Positions 16,995 to 25,384 of a stretch of 64,000 nt of DNA are shown here, piece by piece; positions within the stretch are counted from its first letter, which is position 1, and each line of letters opens with the position of its first letter. The notes below the pieces were generated by a model. The model did not search any database. It had not been told where the DNA came from and worked only from the letters and a program-made list of their open reading frames with translations. The translations under genes were made by a program, and so were the position numbers. The stretch comes from a bacterium. Lineage in GTDB: Bacteria; Verrucomicrobiota; Verrucomicrobiia; Limisphaerales; RI-55. Where the stretch lies: assembly GCA_016124235.1 (NCBI GenBank), contig WGOC01000017.1:290967-354966 (forward strand), in the 5' to 3' direction.

Positions 16995-18974
16995 ATGCGC
17001 ACCCACAGTTGGCTTTCCTCGTCGCCATTTCTGATCGCCATCACGATCTGGGGAACCTCCCTCTCCGCGCAGACGGCTTACAACGCGCAAGAGGCGTTCG
17101 CGCCCGATTTTTATCCTTATGCTGCCAACGCCGTTCGTGGAGCCGACGGTGCGCCCGGGCCGGACTACTGGCAGAATGAAGCCAACTACCAAGTGGCCGC
17201 CACGCTCGACCCGCAGACAAAACATCTCACCGGCGAGGTCGTAATTGACTACGTCAATCACAGCCCGGTAAGCCTGTCGTTTCTCTGGCTGGAACTGGAT
17301 CAGAACATAGATGGCGTTGATTCCCGCTCTCATCAGATGAATCAACCCGCAAGCGAAACGTCCACCACCAACGGATTCCATTTTGCGGTGGTGGAGCAAT
17401 CCGAACGCGGCCAGTGGTCGCCCGCCGACTACCTGGTCGACGACACCCGGATGCAAATTCGACTGGCGCAGCCGCTCCGCGCTGACGGAGGCAAAATCCG
17501 TCTCCGCTTCAAATATGATTATCAATTGCTGAACTCGGGTGGTGGCGGGCGTTCAGCGATTCTTTCGACCACCAACGGACCCATTTACGAGGTTTCGTAT
17601 TGGTATCCTCGAATGTGCGTTTTCGACGATGTGCTTGGTTGGGATACCCTCCCATTTCTCGGGAGCGGAGAATTCTATGCGGACTATGGAAACGTGGATT
17701 ACCGAGTAACCGTTCCCCGGGGAATGGTCGTGGCCGGCGCGGGCGAGCTCATCAACGCGGACGAAGTCCTGCCACGGAAAGTAATAGACCGTCTCGAACA
17801 GGCGCGGAATTCTGATGAGACGGTTTTCATTCGCTCGGCCGACGAAGTCCGCGAGGCAGCAGCGCAGCCGGCGATCGACGAAACGGTCACCTGGCATTTT
17901 CGCATGAAAGGGACGCGCGACGTGGCCTGGGCGGCATCGCGGGCATTTGTCTGGGATGCTGCACGAATCAATCTACCGAACAACCAACGCACCTTGGCGA
18001 TGTCGTTTTATCCGGTCGAAAGCCTAGGCACCAATTCGTGGGGGCGCGCCACCGAGTATCTGAAGCACTCGGTGGAGATCTTTTCGAAGAGCTGGTTCGT
18101 TTACCCGTATCCGGTGGCGATCAACGTCGCCGGGCACGTCGGCGGCATGGAGTTTCCAGGACTGACCTTCGACGGTTGGAAGGCCGAAGGTAAGTCGCTG
18201 TGGAGTCTGCTCTCGCACGAGATCGGTCATACATGGTTTCCCATGGTGGTGGGTTCCAATGAACGGCGGCACGCCTGGATGGATGAAGGATTCAACACGT
18301 TCGTCGACATCTATGCGTCCGAAGAATTTAACCACGGCGAATACGCACCCAAACGCGACGGAGAATACGCCCCCAAAGGCGGCAATCCGGCCGAGGAAAT
18401 CGTACCGCTCATGATGAGTTCTAACGTTCCGCCCATCATGTCGCTGGCGGACACGTTTTCGGGTCCGGACCTGCATCCGGTGGAGTATTTTAAAACCGCT
18501 TTCGGACTGGTGCTGCTCCGGGAAGTCATTCTCGGACACGAACGATTCGATTACGCGTTTCGCCGCTACATCGCCGACTGGGCGTTCAAGCATCCGACGC
18601 CGTGGGACTTCTTCCGGGCGATGGACAACGGCGCGGGCGAGGACCTTTCGTGGTTCTGGCGCGGCTGGTTCGAGAACAACTGGCGGTTGGACCAGGCCGT
18701 GGAAAAAGTGAGTTACGTGAAAGATGATCCCAGCCAGGGCGTGGAAATCACAATCGCCAATTTGGAGAAACTCCCGATGCCCGTGCTCGCCGAGATCACC
18801 GACGCCAACGGACGCCGCCAGCGAATTCGTTTGCCAGTGGAAACCTGGCAGCGCGGTGCGACGGCCACGTTCAAGATTGACACGACCAGCAAATTAACTT
18901 CGGTGATTCTCGACCCCGATCATGTATTGCCCGACATCGATCGGAGCAACAACACTTGGAAGGCCGAGCCGTGA
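16995..18974 (+). CDS. M1-family zinc metallopeptidase (aminopeptidase N-like), secreted
   Basis: HEIGHTWFPMVVGSNERRHAWMDEGFNTF is the M1 HExxH-x18-E motif plus the GAMEN-like region. A signal peptide begins at the internal ATG 16995. Confidence 0.85.
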   Translation: MRTHSWLSSSPFLIAITIWGTSLSAQTAYNAQEAFAPDFYPYAANAVRGADGAPGPDYWQNEANYQVAATLDPQTKHLTGEVVIDYVNHSPVSLSFLWLELDQNIDGVDSRSHQMNQPASETSTTNGFHFAVVEQSERGQWSPADYLVDDTRMQIRLAQPLRADGGKIRLRFKYDYQLLNSGGGGRSAILSTTNGPIYEVSYWYPRMCVFDDVLGWDTLPFLGSGEFYADYGNVDYRVTVPRGMVVAGAGELINADEVLPRKVIDRLEQARNSDETVFIRSADEVREAAAQPAIDETVTWHFRMKGTRDVAWAASRAFVWDAARINLPNNQRTLAMSFYPVESLGTNSWGRATEYLKHSVEIFSKSWFVYPYPVAINVAGHVGGMEFPGLTFDGWKAEGKSLWSLLSHEIGHTWFPMVVGSNERRHAWMDEGFNTFVDIYASEEFNHGEYAPKRDGEYAPKGGNPAEEIVPLMMSSNVPPIMSLADTFSGPDLHPVEYFKTAFGLVLLREVILGHERFDYAFRRYIADWAFKHPTPWDFFRAMDNGAGEDLSWFWRGWFENNWRLDQAVEKVSYVKDDPSQGVEITIANLEKLPMPVLAEITDANGRRQRIRLPVETWQRGATATFKIDTTSKLTSVILDPDHVLPDIDRSNNTWKAEP

Positions 18975-19325
18975 CTTTGCGGTTCCCTGGCCTCTCCAGA
19001 CACGGGGTAACAGGACTTCGATTGAGACCACTCGCGGGCACTTATTCGGCGGCGCCTTTGGATCGCGGAATTCTAATGCTGCACAACGAGACCACATCAC
19101 GCCGCCGCCCCAAAGAAATGGCACCGGTCTTTCCAACGCTGTTCGATGGAACCCGCGTCGTAGCCTGTAACGGCTGGCAACAGAGCCCGGAACTTACAAA
19201 GCGAGACGAATCATCCGCTCCCGAAGACGCGGGCATAGCCGGGTGTTTATCTCAAGCCGAAGTCCGATGGCGAGCTTCGGTGCATTCGGCTTTCCTGCAC
19301 CGCTATTCCGATGATCACCGAGATC

Positions 19326-19736
19326 TTATCCAGCATGGCCGAGAGTGGATCGGGGCCGGAGGGCATCGGCAGAGTTGCTTCCAACTTCTCTTCCGTTCTT
19401 GCACGCTACCTTCCGTGTAGCCGAGCTTCCGCAGTATGGCATGTAAACCGCGCCACAACCACCTTCACCGATCTTCTGGAGTATCTTGTAGCGCCCAATC
19501 TTCTGACCAATCGTTTCATCGGGAACTTCGGTGAACTCGATCTTCATCGTGGCCTTGGCAGCAGCAGCTGGTTCTGCCAGCGCGCCGCTCGTTTGTTCGT
19601 GCGCGGCAAGGAGCGCTTCGATGCGCATACGTAGAGTCGTGTCATCGCCGCAGACAGCTTTGAGGAAGGCGTCTCGTTCCGACGCCGGTTTTTCCAGCAC
19701 CATTCCAAACAAGACCTCTTCGCGATTCACATTCAT
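19326..19736 (-). pseudogene. Truncated 5' fragment (about 100 homologous codons) of an ECF-associated Ser/Thr kinase paralog
   Basis: MNVNREEVLFGMVLEKPASERDAFLKAVCGDDTTLRMRIEALLAAHE...IGRYKILQKIGEGGCGAVYM parallels the N-termini of both intact kinases up to the glycine loop. Homology then stops and the remaining 37 aa are unrelated. Confidence 0.6.
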
Positions 19737-19752
19737 GGCTGCGCTAGCTTCC

Positions 19753-20448
19753 TTATTTCGCAGATATCGGCGCTGCACACTTGGCGGACCGCGAGCGCAG
19801 CCACTCCTCGTATTGCATCACAATATCGGCGACGGGGACGGCGCAGGTGATGCAGACCCAAACGACCGTCTCGATCATCGACGGCCCCAGCTTTTCCAGT
19901 CCGGTCACTCCGAGAATCACGCGCACGGTCACAAAGACCACCGGCCCAAGGAACAGGCTGCGGGTCATCCACTGGCGATGTTGTTGAACCTTGCCCTTGA
20001 GAATCAGGACGAAGGCGATGAGGGTCGTCACCATCCACAACATTCCTTGGGTTGCTGCAGCCAGAGTGAAGGATTGCGTCCCGCCGGTCCGTTCCTGGAA
20101 GAACTGAATATAGGCTCCCGTCAGACCGGCGATGATTGCTCCAACTACGTAAATCCTCCCGGCGATGCGGTGCAGTCCGGTATAACGCCGGCGGAGACGT
20201 TCCGAGAACTGCATGGGTGCCAGCACAAACGCGCAGGCCCCGCCCAAGCCATGCACCAGTAGCCACCATTTGAACGGCTGGTAGTGGTTCCAGACCGGTG
20301 CTTGCGGATCCACAATAAACCGTTCGTTGTGCTGGAGCACGTAGATCGCCATCAGTCCAAAGAGGGCAAACAACAGATTTTTCGGTTGCAGCCAGGAGCG
20401 GGATTGGGGTTGTGCGGGAGCGCTGGGAATGGACGTGGCCAAGTTCAT
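19753..20448 (-). CDS. DUF2306-like polytopic membrane protein
   Basis: Six predicted transmembrane helices. The ATG is at 20448. It lies between the two kinase 5' remnants. Confidence 0.5.
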   Translation of the reverse strand: MNLATSIPSAPAQPQSRSWLQPKNLLFALFGLMAIYVLQHNERFIVDPQAPVWNHYQPFKWWLLVHGLGGACAFVLAPMQFSERLRRRYTGLHRIAGRIYVVGAIIAGLTGAYIQFFQERTGGTQSFTLAAATQGMLWMVTTLIAFVLILKGKVQQHRQWMTRSLFLGPVVFVTVRVILGVTGLEKLGPSMIETVVWVCITCAVPVADIVMQYEEWLRSRSAKCAAPISAK

Positions 20449-20478
20449 TGGTTTATCGGGTGTTTCATGGGTTAAAGG

Positions 20479-20586
20479 TTATTGAATCTGTTGTTGCCGT
20501 AAACGGCATTTGAGATATGCGGCGCGTTCAGACGCCAGTTTTTCCAGCGCCAACGCAAACAGGACTTCTTCGCGATTGGGGTTCAT
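20479..20586 (-). pseudogene. 35-codon remnant of a Ser/Thr-kinase 5' end (MNPNREEVLFALALEKLASERAAYL...)
   Basis: It is about 85% identical at the nucleotide level to the 5' end of the 19326..19736 fragment (compare 19670-19736). Confidence 0.45.
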
Positions 20587-20615
20587 TTGGAAATCATCAT
20601 GCGGTTGCGCCGGCT

Positions 20616-23480
20616 TCACTTCGCGTCCGGCTCGGGCAGGGGGATGCCTTTGGCCTTGAAAAGCGCTTCGGCTTCACGTTGCCTCGATTCCGCCTGATAC
20701 GTTTTGACCCAAGGCTTAACCCAAGGTCCCTCGCCGCCGCGGTCATGCCCCGGCTTGTCCCCAAGTGCCCGCTTCAACTGGTCGCGGGCTTGCGCGAAGT
20801 CCCGGGGGGGCTCCTCCAAGCGCCCGAGTTCGGCACAAAGCATCGCCCTGATAAACCGTGAGGAAGCCTGTTGGGCTGGATCCGTCAGTGTGACTCCGGT
20901 TCCCGGCCGAGAGCTGGGCGTGCCAAAAAATCTTTCTATCAATTCCAGGCCTTCGGGGTATCGATGTTCGCGATAGGCCAGGACGGCGCGGACGGAGTTG
21001 ATTTGGAGCTTGATAAAGATCGAACCGTCATCGGCCCGGTCCATCAAGGCACGTGCAATGGCCAGGGTCTCCTCGTCCATGGGTTGCTGATACAGGCCGG
21101 CCACAACCAGGAGGGCCGCTTTTCCCTCTACGGTTGAGGTGAAGCGAAGGAAGCAGGTCTGCCTGAGTCGCTCGAAGGAATCATGGTCGCCGATGGCGTT
21201 AGCTACGACGGCGGCGTTAAACCAATCCATGACATCGGAAAGCCGGTTGGTGGCCACGGCCTCCAGAATCGGCAGAGCTTCCCGAGCGTTGCCGGAGCGG
21301 GCCAGGACGGCTCCGCGCAGCGCATCCAGTCGGACCAGATCTGTCCCGGAACCGCCGCGACTCACCAGCAACCGGCGTTGCTCTTCCAGCATTGCGGTCG
21401 CCTCCGCGAAACGGTCCTGCCGGCAAAGCGTGTTGCTCAATTGCACAATCAGCTGCAGGTATTCGGCCCGGACTTCGGGGTCCAGGTAATTTGGCTTCCC
21501 CAAGTATTCAAGGGCGACCCGTTCGGCCCGCACGGGATCTGTTGGCCCCACTACTTCAACGTATTTGGCCGCCACTTGGATTCGCAAGGAAACCGAGGCC
21601 GGGGTATTGAGGAGCAGTTCGTGAGCTTCCACAATCGCCGCTTCCGCCTCGTTCGTTCTGCCGACGAATCCAAACCAGTTCGCCTGGTAGAACCTGCAAC
21701 TGGCAGCGAACTCTTTGGCAGGCGGTTTCCGCCCCATGAACTCCGCATAGAGGCGTCCCAAATCCTTCATGGCCTGTTCCTGCCCCGGGACCTGGTCCCC
21801 GGCCGCCCAAAGACGGGTTTCAGGAAGAGCAATTCTTATCTCGTCACGCGGCTCGCTGAGTTGCCCGTCAGTGACTTTCGGCAGGAGCCGGTTCATCAGC
21901 TCCGCCTGGCGCAACGCACCTTGGGCATCGTTCAGATCAATCAGGGCGGCGCGCAATTTCCAACGCAGCCTGAGTTCTGCCGCCGGGGTATTGGACAGGG
22001 ACGACGACGCCAGGACATCCGCTTTGCTGATCAACTCCCGCGCACCGCGGACATTCCCTTGCTGCAGCAGCGAGGGCAACTGTTGCGATACCAGGCTGTC
22101 GATGAAGGTCGTCACGGTGTCCGCCCGGACGGATTGCGTGCGCTCCCGTTCCCGTGCGGCTCGCTCGCGCAGGAACGCGGCGGTGGCGAGTCCCAGACCC
22201 AGAACCAGGGCCAGCGCAACGCTGGCGACCCCGACGGTGGCGGCCTTGTTCCTTCGCACCATCTTCTGGAGCCGGTAAAGCTGGCTGGGCGGCCGCGCGA
22301 CGACGGGTTCGTTGTCGAGATGTCGCTTGATGTCGGCGGCGAGACCGTTGGCCGATTCGTAGCGGCGGGAACGATCCTTCTCGAGACACTTCATCACGAT
22401 CCAGTCGAGGTCGCCCTTGAGCTGGTGCAAGAGTCGTGAGGTGTCCACCGAGCGGCGCTTGGCGGTGGTAGTGAGGTCGTCACCATGCAACGTCGCCAGC
22501 TTGGTCGAGGGGCGAGCGGGTTCTCTCTCCCGGATGGTCTTGCGCATCGCATCCAGTCCCATCGACATCAACTCCCGACCGTCAAACGGTGTTCTTCCCG
22601 TGAGCAGTTCGTAGAGCAGCACCCCCAGGCTGTAGATGTCGCTCCGCGTATCAATATCCAGCCCGCTCATCTCCGCCTGTTCCGGACTCATGTACGCCGG
22701 GGTCCCGATGAACTGGTGCAATTGCGTGTAAACCGTCGCGTCGGTCAACCGCCCCTCGGTTGCCTTGGCGATCCCGAAGTCGATCACCTTCGGCACCGGC
22801 ACGCCATCGTGCAGCGTCACCAGGATGTTCGAGGGCTTGATGTCCCGGTGGATGATGCCCTTCTGGTGGGCGTGCTGGATGGCGTGGCAGACCTTGATGA
22901 ATAGATCCAATCGTTCCTTGGTGGAGATCTTCTCCTGGTCGCAGTACTCCGTGATCTTGATCCCCCGCACCAGTTCCATCACGAAGTAGGGACGGCCCTG
23001 TTCTGTCGTTCCTGCATCCAGCACCTTGGCGATGTTGGGATGGTCCATCATCGCCAGCGCCTGGCGCTCGGCTTCGAAGCGGGCGACGACCTGTTTGGTG
23101 TCCATCCCCAGCTTGATGACCTTTAGCGCGACTCTCCTTCTTACCGGCTCGGTCTGTTCGGCCACATAGACCACGCCACAACCGCCTTCGCCGACGCGTT
23201 CCAGCAGTTTGTAACGTCCCAAGGTCTGGCCGATCGCTTCGTCGGGCATATCCACCATATCCACACTGATCGTTGCCCGCGCCGCTTCAGGTTGACCATC
23301 CAACACTGAATCTGCCCGCTCGTGCGCCGCCAGCAACGCTTCCAGGCGCTGACGCAAACCGGCATCATCACCGCATTCGCGATTCAGGAACGCGGCTCGC
23401 TCATCTCCGGACTTCGTCACGGCCAGCGCAAACAAGGCAGCTTCTTTTTCCTGGGATGCAGGCATGGGCTCTGTGTTCAT
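20616..23480 (-). CDS. Ser/Thr protein kinase with N-terminal ECF-sigma-associated helical motif and long TPR-like C-terminal region (cassette 1)
   Basis: Kinase motifs: [33 protein letters not shown] and [11 protein letters not shown] transmembrane segment sits around residue 420. The C-terminus is helical and repeat-rich. Confidence 0.9.
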   Translation of the reverse strand: MNTEPMPASQEKEAALFALAVTKSGDERAAFLNRECGDDAGLRQRLEALLAAHERADSVLDGQPEAARATISVDMVDMPDEAIGQTLGRYKLLERVGEGGCGVVYVAEQTEPVRRRVALKVIKLGMDTKQVVARFEAERQALAMMDHPNIAKVLDAGTTEQGRPYFVMELVRGIKITEYCDQEKISTKERLDLFIKVCHAIQHAHQKGIIHRDIKPSNILVTLHDGVPVPKVIDFGIAKATEGRLTDATVYTQLHQFIGTPAYMSPEQAEMSGLDIDTRSDIYSLGVLLYELLTGRTPFDGRELMSMGLDAMRKTIREREPARPSTKLATLHGDDLTTTAKRRSVDTSRLLHQLKGDLDWIVMKCLEKDRSRRYESANGLAADIKRHLDNEPVVARPPSQLYRLQKMVRRNKAATVGVASVALALVLGLGLATAAFLRERAARERERTQSVRADTVTTFIDSLVSQQLPSLLQQGNVRGARELISKADVLASSSLSNTPAAELRLRWKLRAALIDLNDAQGALRQAELMNRLLPKVTDGQLSEPRDEIRIALPETRLWAAGDQVPGQEQAMKDLGRLYAEFMGRKPPAKEFAASCRFYQANWFGFVGRTNEAEAAIVEAHELLLNTPASVSLRIQVAAKYVEVVGPTDPVRAERVALEYLGKPNYLDPEVRAEYLQLIVQLSNTLCRQDRFAEATAMLEEQRRLLVSRGGSGTDLVRLDALRGAVLARSGNAREALPILEAVATNRLSDVMDWFNAAVVANAIGDHDSFERLRQTCFLRFTSTVEGKAALLVVAGLYQQPMDEETLAIARALMDRADDGSIFIKLQINSVRAVLAYREHRYPEGLELIERFFGTPSSRPGTGVTLTDPAQQASSRFIRAMLCAELGRLEEPPRDFAQARDQLKRALGDKPGHDRGGEGPWVKPWVKTYQAESRQREAEALFKAKGIPLPEPDAK

Positions 23481-23555
23481 TCATACTGTAGTGCGCATTC
23501 CAGCTGCAAAAAGTATGTGGGCGAATGCAATATACTTTTGGCTCGTGTTTCACGC

Positions 23556-23783
23556 ATGACAACGGTGAAAACCATGAACGATTCCGACTTCAAATTCTAC
23601 TGTTCCTGCTGCGACCAACCGCTGAAGTGTGATCCGTGCCACGCGGGGCGGCAGATCCAATGTCCCGCCTGCAATCACCTGATCCGCATTCCCAGCCCGC
23701 CTCCCGGAACCGGGTTTACGCATGTGCAACCGGAGTCGGGCCGCACGTGGGATACTTTTGTCCCCAAGGGACGCCAGGCGTGA
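23556..23783 (+). CDS. Small zinc-ribbon protein (75 aa) in the sigma-kinase spacer of cassette 1
   Basis: MTTVKTMNDSDFKFYCSCCDQPLKCDPCHAGRQIQCPACNHLIRIP has a CxxC...CxxC...CxxC arrangement. The second sigma-kinase cassette has only a 108-bp spacer and no comparable ORF. Confidence 0.3.
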   Translation: MTTVKTMNDSDFKFYCSCCDQPLKCDPCHAGRQIQCPACNHLIRIPSPPPGTGFTHVQPESGRTWDTFVPKGRQA

Positions 23784-24374
23784 TTACCGTTTCGAGTGCT
23801 CGTCAGGACTCGATGGTCCACCGCGCATTTCCACCGACAACCAGGCCCGGGCATAGGCCCACCATTGCTTGGCGGTCGGAATAGCAATACCCAAGGCCGT
23901 GGCGGTTTCATTAAACGTCATCCCGACAAAGTACCGCAGCTTGACCAGTTCGGCTTTGCGGGGATCGACGGCGGCCAGCCTTTCCAACGCTTCGCTGACC
24001 CGCAGCAGTCCCTCATCATCGGTAATCGGCGAAGGGATCTCGACCTCATCGAGGCCCAGTCGCTCCGCCCCACCACCACGCTTGGCGGCCAGACGCCGAC
24101 GGGCGCGCTCAACCAAAATCCGGCGCATGGCCTCGGCAGCAGCCGCAAAAAAGTGGGCGCGATTTTGCCAGGCTGGTTGGGCGTCGCCACCGAGTCGAAG
24201 CCAGGCTTCGTGAACGAGGGCGGTCGGCTGCAGCGTCTGGCCGTCGCGTTCGTTGGCCATCCGGCTGGCCGCCAGTTTACGCAATTCGTCGTAAACCAAC
24301 GGCAACAATTCTTCTGCCGCCTGTAAATCACCGGAATCAATTGCGCTGAGAAGCGTGGTCACGTCGCCGGGCAT
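23784..24374 (-). CDS. ECF-subfamily RNA polymerase sigma-70 factor (Planctomycetes/Verrucomicrobia type), cassette 1
   Basis: MPGDVTTLLSAIDSGD...ALVHEAWLRL (region 2) and RYFVGMTFNETATALGI (region 4 helix-turn-helix). It is transcribed ahead of the kinase on the same strand. Confidence 0.85.
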   Translation of the reverse strand: MPGDVTTLLSAIDSGDLQAAEELLPLVYDELRKLAASRMANERDGQTLQPTALVHEAWLRLGGDAQPAWQNRAHFFAAAAEAMRRILVERARRRLAAKRGGGAERLGLDEVEIPSPITDDEGLLRVSEALERLAAVDPRKAELVKLRYFVGMTFNETATALGIAIPTAKQWWAYARAWLSVEMRGGPSSPDEHSKR

Positions 24375-24520
24375 GAGCTGACGCTAATCCCGCCAGCTTT
24401 CGTTGGCCAGACTGAAGCCGGGAATGGAATCGGTCGCGTTCGCCTGTGCAAACGTTCGATCAAAAACTTCCTCAATCAAAAGAAAGTCCGAAACTACCAC
24501 TCGTCGCCAAGGTGTCCCCA

Positions 24521-25366
24521 TTACGTGCCGATGGCGTAGGCCGCCTTGCCGTCGGGCAGACGCCAGATGCCGGCATCGTCCGTGGTGCGGGGCAGCTGGC
24601 TCGCCAACAAATCTCGAACGCGTTGGTAAGCTGGCAGGACCGAGGAACTGACTTCCGTTTCGGCCGCGGCCACAAGTTCCCGCCGCCTGGCCCCGCTCAC
24701 CTCGTCATCCAACCTGGTCAGGCGAGCGTTCAAGGTGGTGACGAACGGATTGGAGTCCGGCGCGTTCGCCGTGAACTTGTCGATCTGTTCGATGGAGCGC
24801 TCGACAATGAACTTCGGCGGGAGAAACCCGGCGGTGGCAGCTGCCCGCGCTTCGGCGATGCCTTCATCGAGCAACGGACCGACCCGGGCCAGCCGGACAA
24901 GATAGTTCTCCGCGTCACGCTCGTTTCGGATCGGATGAACCGTGGTTAGAAAGTGAATGAGCGCCACATGCACTCCGCGAAAATGCTCAAACATGAACTT
25001 GTGCCGCGCAAACTTCTCCTCCTCCACAGCCTGCTCGCAGGTCCAACGAATCACCGCCGCCGAAATGCGCTGGCCCGGGCTGAGCCGGTCGTCCGGATAA
25101 CGTTTCAACTCATTCAAGCCGCGCCGGGCGAGCGCGGCGTCCTCATGGGCCGCCTTCACGCCCCGGTCCAGCACCAGCCGCCGGTCGATGGCGTCCTGCT
25201 CGGCACCTTCGAAGTATTGGGTGCGTGTGGCGAGCTGCGGATGAGCGCGAGCCCAGTCGGCGGCGAACTGGTCGGCCCATTGATCGAACGACGGTTCGGC
25301 AGCGTGGACGACGAGAGTCGCGAGGAGGCCGAGCGCGAAAACGGTGATGGTTGTTTTCTTCAACAT
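24521..25366 (-). CDS. DUF885-family protein, N-terminal half only (possibly truncated)
   Basis: Signal peptide plus RNERDAENYLVRLARVGPLLDEGIAEARAAATAGFLPPKF, which matches the DUF885 N-terminal region. Full-length members are about 580 aa. No continuation was found in any frame downstream. Confidence 0.45.
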   Translation of the reverse strand: MLKKTTITVFALGLLATLVVHAAEPSFDQWADQFAADWARAHPQLATRTQYFEGAEQDAIDRRLVLDRGVKAAHEDAALARRGLNELKRYPDDRLSPGQRISAAVIRWTCEQAVEEEKFARHKFMFEHFRGVHVALIHFLTTVHPIRNERDAENYLVRLARVGPLLDEGIAEARAAATAGFLPPKFIVERSIEQIDKFTANAPDSNPFVTTLNARLTRLDDEVSGARRRELVAAAETEVSSSVLPAYQRVRDLLASQLPRTTDDAGIWRLPDGKAAYAIGT

Positions 25367-25384
25367 TGTTTTGAGTTGTTGACG

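Noticed and set aside
18975-19325. Possible continuation of the kinase fragment into its catalytic motifs
   Set aside because: Translation of all minus frames showed no HRD, DFG or APE kinase motifs. The fragment truly ends after the glycine loop.
21183-22439. 418-aa plus-strand ORF
   Set aside because: It is antisense to the strongly supported Ser/Thr kinase. It has an Arg/Gly/Pro-rich low-complexity composition typical of the reverse frame of high-GC genes.
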